Assembly: GCA_043228905.1 (NCBI GenBank)
Contig: JBHGNT010000015.1
Location: 17,856,001 to 17,920,000 of the forward strand
Direction: 5' to 3'
Length of the DNA: 64,000 bases
DNA from: Azolla caroliniana
Lineage: Eukaryota > Plantae > Polypodiophyta
The notes below the pieces were generated by a model that saw only the letters and a list, made by a program, of their open reading frames with translations, did no database searches and was not told the origin of the DNA. Position numbers and translations under genes: made by a program. Below, one piece after another: positions 25,021 through 36,805 of this stretch. Position 1 is the first letter of the stretch. Each line of letters starts with the position of its first letter.

Positions 25021-26739
25021 GCGTAGCCCTTTGCCACTAACCGGGCCTTGTACCGGTTGACGAAGCCATCGGTGTTGTATTTGACCTTGTATACCCACCA
25101 ACAACTAATTGGCTTCACTCTTGTCGATATGTCCACCAAGTCCCACGTCTCGTTTTCCGTGAGTGCGTGCATCGCTTCCTCCATGGCCTTCTGCTAGTTC
25201 AAATCCTTAGCCGCTTCTACGTAGCTTTCCGGCTCACACACGCTTGCCACCTTCACCATGTACGCATAATGATGCGCCATATACTCATTGTACCCTTACC
25301 TCTTCACGGGGTTTTTCTGGCAGGTGGATCGGCGTAACTTCTCGTTCGCCGATTGCAAGGCCCTCTTGATCGACTCGAACTTCGTCTTTGAAGATCTGTC
25401 TTTGTTTAGTCTGGAGTCGAATTCGCTCCGATCCGACTCTGCTTTGCCAGTGTCGTACTCCGGCATCTTCTTCTTCCCCTTTTCTTTGCGCGTGAACCGT
25501 CTCCTCAGTTCCTTGCATGGGGAGAGGACGGCCGAGTCATCACTACTCACCAGCAAATCATCCGGTTGACCACTCCGGATCAACCAGTCTGGATTCAGTC
25601 CACTCATCCAAAGGGAAGTCGAACTATCCGGCTGTTCGGATTCCGCGACGCTTCTCTCGGTTCCGGATTCGACTTGATCATCTACAACATTCGGTCCGGG
25701 CTCGGGTTTGGGTGGTGAGAAGTACCAAGATGCCGATTCATCAAAAACGACATCTCGATTGACTCGAACCGTTTTCAATCGGGCGTTATAGCACTTATAC
25801 CCCTTCTATTCATCCGAGTAGCTGACGAGAATGCACTTTTCGGCTTTCGCGTCTAACTTCCTCCGTTTTTCCTTCGGTACATGCACATATGCAATGCTAC
25901 CGACCACTCGAAGGTGTTCCAAATCCGGCTTCCACTCGACATACAGTTCGTGCGGCGACTGCGACACCTTTGTCCCTGAGGTAGATATCTGATTCTGTAT
26001 GTAGATAGCTATCTGAATTACTTCGGCCCAATAAAACTTGGGCATGCTTTTCTCCTCAAGCATCGCCCTTGCCACTTCTACCAGTATCATGTTTTGACAC
26101 TCGGCCATGCCATTCTACTCCGGCGTGTATCTGTAGAAGAATTCCCGGCGGATTCCCTTCATTTGTAGATAACTCGTTAACTGGCCTGGAAAAGTACTCT
26201 TTTCCACCATCCGATCTCAGACACTTGAACTTTCTTCCGAGCTCACGGTCGACAAGGTTCTTCAAATCCCGAAAGCACGAGAAGACTTCGCTTTTCTTCT
26301 TAGTTAGATAGATCCAAGTGTGTTGGGTGAAATCGTCAATGAAGGAGACGAAATACTGACTCCAGCCGATACTCACATTTTGTGTCAGACCCCACACATC
26401 CGAATGGATGAGATCGAGTTGATTCCGGCTCCAATTCTTCTCTTTTTTAAGATTGCTTAAAGTGTGCGGCACTTCATCGGGGGTTGTTTGGGGTGGACTC
26501 AAGTTTAGATCTTATTTGTATGTCTAAACATAAGTAGTGATATAGTTTTAGAAGAATAGAAAAGTGAGGGCGTGGGTGGGGGTTAGGGGAGTGTAGCTTA
26601 TTGAAGTTATCAAAAGTATTTAAACCTAATCAAAGCTTTTAGAACATATTAAAGATCATTGGGATAACTTAAGTTATTAGACACCAATAAAGTACTATTA
26701 AAACACCAATATAGCATATTATTAAAACGGGACCACACG

Positions 26740-27296
26740 CTTAGATGAACGGGAGTTGTTTAAACACACGCTTAAGCAAACACTTAAAAGAAAGATTATT
26801 ATAAAAAAATAGAAATAAAAATAGAAAAGAGAGATTGAGATTAAAAAATGATTATGGTTAAGAAGGGATTATGATTAAGGGGGAAGGGGTTGCTAAACAA
26901 AGTACTTAAATGAATGTTTAAACAAATATTTAGATAAGAAAACACTTGGGCAAACACTTAACGCAAGGTTATGATTAAAAGAGAAGGGAGGGATTATGGT
27001 TAAAGAAAAGGGGTCATGGTTGAGAAGAGAATGATTATGATTAAGAGAGGAGAATACTTAAACAAATGTTTAAACAAAAAGTTAAACCTAAAAATGATTG
27101 AACAAGTACTTAAAAAAAAGGGGGTTAAACAAGTACGTAATAAAAATGATTATTAAACAAGTACTTAATAGCAAATGATTAAATAAATACTTAAAAACTT
27201 AAGACAAAAAAAAAAAATTGATAAAAAAGTGATTAAACAAGTACTTAATAAAAATTTATTAAATAAGTACTTAAGAACTTAAGACAAAAAATTAGA
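26740..27296 (-). repeat. AT-rich degenerate tandem repeats in the PLE 3' UTR
   Basis: Recurrent AAACAAGTACTTAA and GATTATG(A/G)TTAA motifs. Confidence 0.7.
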
Positions 27297-27345
27297 TAAG
27301 AGCAACACATAGAAGGAAAGAAAGTTTTACTATCATAAGGCAACG

Positions 27346-27391
27346 ATCGGCAAATGCATTTCGCCTCGATGGAGGCTCTTCAGTGCCCGAT
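27346..27391 (-). ncRNA. Minimal type I hammerhead ribozyme
   Basis: Minus strand ATCGGGCA CTGAAGA GCCTC CATC GAGGC GAAA TGCA TT TGCCGAT: CUGANGA and GAAA core, 5-bp stem II, palindromic stem III, stem I with one bulge. Confidence 0.85.
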
Positions 27392-27553
27392 GTACAAATG
27401 ATGAAAACTAAGCCTACTAGGTTGCTCTTTTTATAGGGAGAGGGAAGAGAGTCCTTTGTATGTGGGACATACAAAAGTGTGTACAAAGGGAAGGTAAAAG
27501 AGTGTACACAAGACTTTAGGTGGGGGTTAAGAGGGGTGAGAGTACATAAAACA

Positions 27554-28888
27554 TTAGGTGGGGGGAAAGGATGCGTGTACTAGGTGGTTTCTTAGTTTTT
27601 TACCATTTAGCCAACACGTGAGAGGGGGTGTAAGGGAACTGTATTGTGGTTGTCCTAGAAGGGGTTTAAGTTTGTTTCTCACGAGCGCTCCGATTTGGAG
27701 TTTTTTGATACATGGGGAGTAACGAAGCTTAAAAACAATGGGTGGAGGTTTTTTGTTGTTGGGTTGGTTAGAGAGTAGTTGGTTTCGTATGGAGTAGGGG
27801 ACGGTCGAAAAACACTTGAGTAGGAACTTCGATGGGTAGCCCCTAGCTCTTAGGCGGTCGTAGAACTTTTTGCGTAGTTCCATGTAGCCATTTTCCGAGC
27901 TCTCCCGGATAGCATACCGTTTTAGTTCTCCCGTGATGAAGCCCTTTTTGTGTGCTATGGGGTGCGAGGATTTCCACGGGAGGTACATGTAGGCATTGAG
28001 AGGTTTTTGGTGGCATGCGGTGTCGAGGATGCCGAATTCTTTAAAGTATGGGCCTTTGAAGAGGACGACGTCTAGGATGGTGATCTCTTTAGGGGAGGTT
28101 GTTGATTCAATACAGATGTGTTGTTGTAGAGGCACGCCGTATTGGTGTAAGAAGGTGTGAAGTGTATCGGGGGAACCTTCCCAAACTCCTATGGCATCAT
28201 CGATGTAGCGTTTGTAGTAGAGTAGTTGCGGTGTTTGGAAAGCTAGGTTGTCGTCCTCTAGCTGTGAAAGAAACAAGCAAGCGTAAACAACGGCAAAATT
28301 ACTACTCATCGCAGTGCCTTTAATTTGTAACCAAAAAGCATTATTAAAGGAGAGAAAATTGTTTCTAAGTATAAGTTCGGCAACACTCATAATGATTTTG
28401 GTTTTGTGTGGTGGGAAATGATGTGAAATAGATTTTTTAAAAACCAATAGACCTTCCGTGGTAGGTATACTGGGATATAGTGACACTACGTCAAAAGAAA
28501 GCAACATGCAAGTTTTGGGGAAGGTGTGGTGTGCTAGGTCCTTAACAAGTGTTAAGGAGTCTTTGAGGTGTTGTTTTTTAGACAATAAGACAGGATGTAG
28601 TAGATGGTGTAGCCATTTAGAGGCTCTTTCGAAAACATAATTGTTGTAGGCGCAAATAGGGCGTCCTACAACAATGGGCTTGTGGATTTTGGGGATGATG
28701 TAGAAACGACATATCCTGAAACCATGTTTGGGTTTCTGAAGGAGGAATCTAATTTCCTCATTGGAGAGGTGGGGGGAAGCTTTCAGACATAGGTGTTCAA
28801 GTCGACTGTGGAGAGTTTCTAGGGGGACATCTTTGACGGGGGTGTAAGTGTTTTTGTCGTTGAGTTGTCTAAGGCATTCGTTAAGGTA
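27554..28888 (-). CDS. Penelope-like reverse transcriptase (partial, open frame, no C-terminal GIY-YIG)
   Basis: Motifs FYIIPKIHK...GRPI, SFDVVSLYPSIP, QIKGTAM, YKRYIDD, HPIAHKKGFITGELKRY, RLRARGYP; stop after LVHASFPPT. Confidence 0.88.
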   Translation of the reverse strand, partial: YLNECLRQLNDKNTYTPVKDVPLETLHSRLEHLCLKASPHLSNEEIRFLLQKPKHGFRICRFYIIPKIHKPIVVGRPICAYNNYVFERASKWLHHLLHPVLLSKKQHLKDSLTLVKDLAHHTFPKTCMLLSFDVVSLYPSIPTTEGLLVFKKSISHHFPPHKTKIIMSVAELILRNNFLSFNNAFWLQIKGTAMSSNFAVVYACLFLSQLEDDNLAFQTPQLLYYKRYIDDAIGVWEGSPDTLHTFLHQYGVPLQQHICIESTTSPKEITILDVVLFKGPYFKEFGILDTACHQKPLNAYMYLPWKSSHPIAHKKGFITGELKRYAIRESSENGYMELRKKFYDRLRARGYPSKFLLKCFSTVPYSIRNQLLSNQPNNKKPPPIVFKLRYSPCIKKLQIGALVRNKLKPLLGQPQYSSLTPPLTCWLNGKKLRNHLVHASFPPT

Positions 28889-30460
28889 CCAATTCTTCTC
28901 GTTAGGGAACGGAAGCCTATATTGCTTCCCGAGTTGGCAAGCTTCACAAATTTGGCCTTTTCGGCCATTGAACTTCGGCAGTCTAGAAACTACGTGTTCC
29001 GACTGCATGTCCTGAAGCTTCTGGAAGTTGATGTGGCCAATCCGCTTATGCCATATGTCGATGTCCAACTCAACCTTTTTCCCTTTTGTGAACATAGCGG
29101 TGCCAACATCATTCGTTTCGAGGATAAACATCCTCTCGTCTGATCGCCCTTGCACAATAACTTTGCCCTCTTCTTCAATGAAGCACCCGAGGTGCATGAA
29201 CCGAACATAAAGACACCAAAATAGGCAAACCACCCCCCATTGTTCCAGTTTTTCTAAATAGGCAAACCACTCTGAGTGGCTTGTCATATGGTTTGACTCT
29301 CCGAAATCAACATACCATACCTCGTTCAGTTTCAAGGTTTTTTTCTTCATCGAGTTAGCCTTGTGTTTCATCACAAAGGTTGGGCTCGATCCATTTCCAA
29401 AACCGAAACCTTCCAGTCCTTCAGAGTAGTGTGAGCTTTGCCGGCTTCCCCGTCCGGCCTTGCCGGATCCGGTCTTGCTTTCCAACACTCGCTTTCTCTG
29501 TGGCCCTTCCAGCCATAGTACCAACAATCCACCGTAATCTTCTCTTGCCAGTTTCCGACGCCACTTTGACTCCCCTTGCTTGTGGAGGGTCCGGAACTGT
29601 TGTCGACACCATCATTGTGCCTCCGATTTTGCTCTTGTTGACTGCTTCCACCGCTGTCAATCCGCCTCGTCTACCACGACCACGGGGCAAATCTGCCTCC
29701 ATGTACAGCATCTTGTTGTCAGTGTGTGTGCTCGTCCTCTACTAGGAGCATCGACAGTAATTCGAAAAATGAGGGTGTATTCTCCCTTGTACAAATCGTT
29801 GTCTGGAATACTCCGAACTTCAACGTTGGGCCCCTGAGACAGACCTGCACCATCTCATCTTCCTGGACGGTCACGTTGATATAATCAAGTGAGTCGTAGA
29901 TGTCTTTGATCTGGGCCTTATAGTCGGTCACCGACATGTCCTTCTATCGGACATTGCTCAACTCCTGTCAGAGTTGTAGCTTCCGAGTTGTGGTGCTTGC
30001 GGCGATGACCTTCTTCAGGTTTCCCCAAGCTTCCTTTGGCGTCTTGGCGTCCCGGATATGGCTCAACAATTGATCGTTGACGTTGGACGCAAAGTAGTAC
30101 ATAACTTTGCTTGTTGCTTGTTCCCAAGCCGGGAAGTCCCTGTGTGCCACATCAGGTGCCATATCGTTAGCTCTGTCGACATAACTCCAGTAATCGTGCC
30201 CGAGCAGGTACTGGTGCATCTTGTACAACCAAGATACATAGTTGGATCTATCGAGCTTCTTCATCAGGAGCAAGCTAGCCATTCCTCGGTCCATGTTTTT
30301 CTTCTGTCTATTTGTACCGAGTGTTAGGGTTTGTCTTCAGAAAATGCTTGTCGGCTGCAAAGGTTCTCAACCCTTGTGCTCTAATATCATGTAAAAGAAT
30401 ACGATTCCGGAAGCTAAGAAAAAACCGGCTCGTCCGGATAGCTAAAGAATATAAACACAG

Positions 30461-31110
30461 TGTCGCGTTACTACGCGCGTGCGTGGAGAAACGAGGCGGG
30501 ACCGCCGGGGTCTTGAACCGAAGAGCAGGTGATAGGAGGGGAAAGAGAAAGAGAGAGACGACCGGTTACGTATGAGCAAAGAAACACAGGGACACGGCCC
30601 GTCAACGCAGAAAACACGAATGGACACAGAGACAGAGAGACACGAAAGTTTGTATATTAACGAATAACAAATACACAATAGAGCACGCGAGCGGTTACAA
30701 CCGAACAGGCCGGCGAACAGATGCCGATGCCTGTTCGTCTGCGCACGAAAGGGAAAAAGGATGGAGGTGTTGCCGGAAGCACACAGGCGTTCCTCGAAGC
30801 AGCGCGAGCCTCCCGAAAACCTGCAGCGAAGAGCGATGGAGAACAAACAGAGGAGAAGCGTTTGGTTACGGTCCGACAGCACTTCGTCCTCCTCAATGCG
30901 CGATCCCCTCCTCCCCGCGTCTCCCTTTCTTTTATAGCTTCATGAAGGGAGCCGTCTCCCTCATTTACTTCCTACCTACCGAATCTAACTACCCAGATAT
31001 ACCTATGTACCTAATTCCCTATTATATACATTAAATGGCGTGCACGCGTGAAGAGCCGGTTCACGCGCGCTATGCACCGATTGCGCCAAGGAACGGTTTT
31101 CTTCACGACA
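30461..31110 (-). mobile_element. Solo LTR inserted in the copia B 5' LTR
   Basis: TGTCGCG...CACGACA ends; copia LTR homology resumes on both sides; TSD imperfect (ACAG/ACGG). Confidence 0.7.
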
Positions 31111-32958
31111 ACGGGTTTAATGGAAACCTTACACGGGAGAGATAGAGAGAGCAAAACAGTAAACTCAATTTCAATATAATAACACTCTATACATAGAATG
31201 TGCTCAAAGAGCACTTTTATACAAGTCCTTACACAAACTGATAGAAGTACTAACATGTGCTTCAATGCTCATACGAGTGACTGACATTGTCTCCCAAAAG
31301 TATGCATACGTACTAGGCTAGATCCGTAGGCCTCTAACGGCCTACAAATTACAATCTGATCCGGCTCTTGGTTCCGGATACCATTTGGACACCGATCCAG
31401 TTCTCCGTTCCGGACTCCGATCCGGCTCTAACTTATTCAGCCGATCCAGATCCGATTGAGCTTGTTCGCTCAACAAATTGGTTACATACAAGCATCCCCT
31501 TCCTAAGATTCTCTCGTGAGGCTTGTAGAAACATGAGAGAATCATTAGCCAAAGCTTGTGCTACTAGTTGCCCTTTAGACGGAAGGTGTAGATCCACAAT
31601 GTCACCATTTGTTGTTTTAAATATTAATGTGTGAATTAGTCAGCATTCACTAGGGGATCCATCTAGGAAAACCCTCCCTTCGAAGAAAGGGCTCCTTCGT
31701 GGAATTGAACGGCCTCCCTCTTCAGAAAAGTTTTCTTGAAATTGCAAAAATACCCCTTTTTCTCAAACATTGTTTGGTCGACAAGACGCTAGCCTCGGTT
31801 GGCGTGGCAAGTTCAGCTCCTATCATTTGCAACATAGTTCAGAGTTTGGATTCACATTCCAAAAATGTTGTCATGTTCCTTCTTGTGATCCTTTGCGTCT
31901 GCATTACAATCCTTACAAGGTAAAGCTCTAGATTCCATCTTTCATCAAATTTGTGACAATTTCACATATCTTCCTGCTTCGTACTCAAATTCTTGAGCCA
32001 AAAAATCCACCGCAATCCTAGAATGATTGAAAAACTCACAGTAACAAAAGGAATATTTTTTTGTAGGTATATAAAAAAGAAATATTGTAATACATCGAGT
32101 GGTTCTAACTTAGATACAAGCAAGATGAAATCTTGACTATGTTACATGGAGTAGCTTGATCAACAAATAGATAAGTTAGAAATAGAAAAATTAGGGAGAA
32201 AAGTTTCAAGATCAAATGTTTGAGTTTTTGTACAATCTCCCATTTGCCATTGTTGGCCTAGCACACTTTCTTGATTTGCAAACTTGGGCTCAATATAAAA
32301 AAGGGATCCCTAACAATGAGCTCTATTGTCCATTTTATAGCCCGTTGGATCTCCCCTTGCAAATAAAAATAGTAATCTCCTCTCTCAACACGCATGGAAA
32401 CCTATCTTCCTAAGGCGACTTGTGTGAGAAAAATATTGATCACATCCATCGATTCACATTACCTTCCATGTTGCCTCGGTAGGATTCAAACCCTTGAATT
32501 TTTCATTCCGAGATAAAGCTCTTGTTGATTTGAGGTACATCTTTTTTTTGTCTTGAACCTCTAGTCGTACCTTCTTCCTAACCTTCAACCTTCGATAAAC
32601 CTAGAGTTTGATGTTTTCCTTCCCATGATCACCCCGCATCACGACAATGTGTTCCCTTAATTTCACTTGCATGCACCTTTCACATGTTCACAGTTCAGGT
32701 GACCTTTTTACACAAACTCTAGATCATTTTTCTCTTTTAATATCTTATTTATAGGATTCTCAAGCTAACACCTCTTAGCTTGAGAGAGATCATCAAGTTG
32801 ACAAGACACTAGAATATCTAAACTTGGTGTCATGGGTTCGTCTCCCATTGTCTACAATTCTCTTTTACTCATGACTTTTCATCAAGAACTCTTATTAGTG
32901 CTAGAGATTTTGTTGCCACCCTAATGGAATCCTCTAATGTACTCTAAAAGTTCACATA

Positions 32959-33388
32959 TGCAGAAGCTCATACTCAAGACACGCCCAGCCAGGCCGGACA
33001 ACAACACACAGGTAAACACAGAGAATGGAAAATACATAGAGAGAGAGACAAAGAGAGCAGACAATAAAACTTTATATTCAAAAAGATAACACTCTATACA
33101 TACAATTTTGCTCAGTGAGCACTTTTATACAAGCCATGACAACAGGCTGACACAAGTACTGACAAGCACTTGAATGCTCATACATGAGCGTCTGACAATA
33201 TCTGAACATAATATTCCTAATACTATGTTCGGCCCTAATGGCTCTATCAGCTTGTCGGCTTCTTCAACCGATTGGCATTCGGCTTTTCTAGCTAATACTC
33301 CTCAGCTGACTCCGTTGTCAGCTTCTTCAGTTGATCTAGTCTACCGGCCTATAGCCGATCCGGATCATGTTGAGCTTGTCTCTCAACA
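32959..33388 (-). repeat. Copia-family LTR abutting copia C internal sequence
   Basis: Ends GTTGAGCTTGTCTCTCAACA like the other family LTRs; copia YGYNEY region follows directly; left end approximate. Confidence 0.7.
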
Positions 33389-36300
33389 TGTACACATAAT
33401 GATGTGTCATGTACTCATTGTACCCATACCAAATTATGAGGTTCTTGTGGTGAGTCGATCGACACAACTTCTCATTGGTTGATTTGATGGCCCTCTTGGC
33501 CGAATCCGACCCCAACTCCTGAGGTCCTCCATTGCTGCTCATGGCATCGTTTGATTCACACCGATCCGAAGTCCCCTCTTCACTACCGTACTCCGACATC
33601 TTCTTCTGAATCCCCTTCTCTCTACGAGACAACCTCCTCTTTGGCTTCATCTTGGAGGACTGCATGGTTGAGTCCTCTTCACTCGTTGGTTGCTCAATTG
33701 ACTGGTCGTTTTGGCTTGGTTCCTCAATCAACCACTCAGTCGAAATGAAATCAAACTCTCCTCCTGAGTGTTGATTTCTTCCTCAATCATGTCATCCTCA
33801 CTTGCCTCATCTTTAGAATTTGGCACGGACCTGACTGGGGTTGGATTAACTGGAAGTGAATACCATGATGCTGATTCGTCGAAAACAACATCTCGACTTA
33901 CTCAGACCTCCTTGGTTTGGGGGTTATGGCATTTATAACCCTTTTCCTCTGATTCGGCTTCTGTCCGAAGTACAATTCATGTGGCGACCTTTTGCTCTGT
34001 GTGCAAATATCTGATTCTGTATATACACAGTCGTTTTGACCACTTTGGCTCAATAGAACTTGGGCAAGCTCTTCTCTTCCAACGTCACCCTCTCCGCCTC
34101 TACAATTGTCCAGTTCCTTCTTTCGGTCACGTCATTCTACTCCAGCGTGTATCTATAGGAGAATTCGCATCGCATTCCCTTCTGCTACAAATAACAGTTC
34201 AATTGGGCGGAAAAGTATTCTTTTCCACCATCCAATTGCAAGCACTTGATCTTTCTTTCTATTTCCCTCTCGGATCAGATTTTTCAGATTCCAAAAACAG
34301 GAAAGGACGTCACTCTTCTTCTCTATCAGATATATCCATGTGTGTGGGTGTAGTCATCGATGAAGGAAACAAAATATCGGCTCCCACCAATACTAGTGTT
34401 CAGTGCTAGTCCCCATACATCCGAATGGATCAGGTCAAGGTTGTTTTGGGTCTGATTGCACTCATTGGGGAATACAAGCTGGTGTCGCTTCCCTAGTTGA
34501 TAAGCTTCATATAATTGGCCCTCTCGACCATTTAATTTTGGCAGGCCGAAAACCACCTATTTCGCATGCATCTCTTGAAGCTTCGAGAAGTTGATGTGGC
34601 CAATCCACTTGTGCCATAAGTTGATGTCAGGCTCGGCCTTCTGCCCTTTGGTGAACATAGCAGTGCCGACAACATTGGTATCAAGGATGAACATCCTCTT
34701 GTCTCTACGTCCTTGTGTGATGATCCAACCTTCATCGTCGATGAAGTACCATAGTGAGTGAAGCATACCTACATGCCTTGATCGACAATTTGTCCCACTA
34801 ACACCAAATTCTTGGTGATCGTCGACACATGCAAGATGTTCCTTGTGATTCCTCTCTAGCCGACATGGCTCAGAGGGACATCTCTAATGTGCTCAATGGG
34901 GTGAAGGGTGTCGTCGCGGGTCTTGACAACACCTGGTGGCTCTAGCTTCTCAAGAGTTGAGAACCATTCCTTATGGTTCGTCATGTGGTTCGATGCTCTG
35001 AAATCAACATACCACACCTCGTTCAGCTTTGAGGTGCCCACTCCCATTTGATTGGCCTTTTCTAGGAGCATCGATTGCAAGTCAAAAAATGAGGGCAGAT
35101 TTTCTCTCGTGCAAATAGTTGTCTGAATCGGCCCATATTTCTAAGCTAGACCATCGAGGCAGATCTCCACCATCTCATCTTCGTCGACCGTCATGTTGAT
35201 GAACCCCAATGCATCACAAATCTCCTTGATCTTCGTGGTGTAGTCTATTACCGACATTCCTCCCTACCAGATGTTGTGTGGTGTTGGCTACAAAAATCTT
35301 CTTCAAATTTTGTCATTCCTCTTTCGACAACTTCGCATCCCTGATGTACCCAAGCATTTGGTCGTGGACACACAATGCCAAGCAGTACAAGACTCGGCCT
35401 GCTGCTTGCTCCCAGGCTGGGAAATCTCTATGTGTCAGCTCTAGAGCTTCAATATTTGCACCATCCACATAACTCTAGTACTCGTGTCCAAGTAGGTATT
35501 AGTGCATCTTGTATGCGCAAGATGCATAGTTGCTCATGTCGAGTTTCTCTGTTGGAAGGGAGCTTCCCATTGCTCTGTCCATGTTTCTGGCTCTTCATAT
35601 ATCCGAAAGACACGAAAGCTTGTTTGTGCAAGTACGCTTGTCGGTTGTAGAGGATTCTTCTCAACCCTTGCGCTCACATACCATTTACACACCAGAGAGA
35701 GCCATCTGAGTCAGACAACAGTAGACAGTTAGGTAAAACACAGAGAATGAGTGAGAGAGAGACAGAGTCTGCTGACAACAAAAACAATTCAAAATAACAA
35801 CACTTCTATACATACAATGTGCTCATAAAGAACTTTTTATACAAGCCCTAACAATGGGCTGACACAAGTAATGTCAAATACTTTAATGCTCATAAGTGAG
35901 CACCTGACACTAACTAAACTACCTATTATATTCCTATTACTAAAATAGGAATATAGGCCCTAACGGCTTGTCAACGTCCAATCGATCCGGCTTATACCAC
36001 TAATCCAACTTTTGCCTTATTCAGTCGATTCTTCTTAGTTGATCTAGCTTTCAGCTTCTTCATCTGACTCGGCCTTTAGCTTATTCGGCTCATGTTGAGC
36101 TTATCACTCAACATTCCCCCTCAAGCTCAACTTGAGGTTCCTCTTCTCTACTTCAGTCAGTTCTCAACACTCAACTTTGGCTCCTTCTATCAGCTTGCCT
36201 CCTAACCCAGGCTCCACAACCCATTTGGTCTTGCGCTCCTTGACCTATTCAATCGGCTTGTCGGCTCCTTAGGCCTTTGTCATCTTTCTTCCAACCTCTA

Positions 36301-36805
36301 TGGCTTTGACACCCCTTGATCCGTCGGCTTCTCTGACTTGGTTTCGGTTTCAGCTGGCCTCTCATCTATCCGGCATTCTCTTGATTCGGCTCATTCAAAT
36401 CATCTCCTTTGTCTAATTTGTCTTCTCCTTCAACTCTCCCCCTACCTTCAGCTAGCTCCGGCTTCGGCTCATCTATTCCACTGCTCCCCCTATCAAGTTG
36501 GTTTCCCCCCATCCAATATGCTTCCTTGTGTTCTCCACTTATCAACTTCTTTTGCTCGCCCCCTCAAGTGTGACACGTCGAGATGCTGCAAACCAAGCAT
36601 TTCGAAGAAGTTCCATAACTTGTCAAGTCCAAGAGATTTGGTGAATATATCGGCCACCTGTCGATCGGTATAAACGTGTTTCAATTCGATTTCACCACTA
36701 AGAACACAATCACGCATGAAGTGATAATGGGCTTCTATGTGCTCGGTCCAAGCGTGGAAGACGGGGTTCTTTGCTAGTTGCATGTTGCTAAGGTTGTCAC
36801 TGCCT
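33389..36805 (-). mobile_element. Degenerate copia C: two internal regions sharing one LTR (35684-36113)
   Basis: RNase H (QLAKNPVFHA) at 36493-36783, PPT 36114-36130, LTR, decayed PBS 35671-35683, then gag, PR and IN fragments. Confidence 0.82.

Larger units (their letters stand above)
26443..28888 (-). mobile_element. Penelope-like retroelement (PLE), 5'-truncated
   Basis: TSD CCAATTCTTCTC at 26431-26442 and 28889-28900, A6 tail, PLE-type RT, hammerhead in 3' UTR; removing it restores copia FPNEKNWSRN. Confidence 0.9.
24475..31475 (-). mobile_element. Ty1/copia element B, degenerate with multiple nested insertions
   Basis: gag ATG 30294 (MDRGMAS), PR, GAG-pre-IN, IN and RT fragments; decayed PBS 30378-30389; 5' LTR 30390-30460 plus 31111-31475. 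Confidence 0.9.

Noticed and set aside
27554-29527. A single native 657-aa gene or telomerase RT
   Set aside because: The TSD shows an insertion junction; no TERT-specific motifs seen
32465-32860. tRNA/SINE-like B-box motifs
   Set aside because: Too degenerate to support
31476-32950. Classifiable retroelement internal region
   Set aside because: Probably old TE debris, but no motif is clear enough to call
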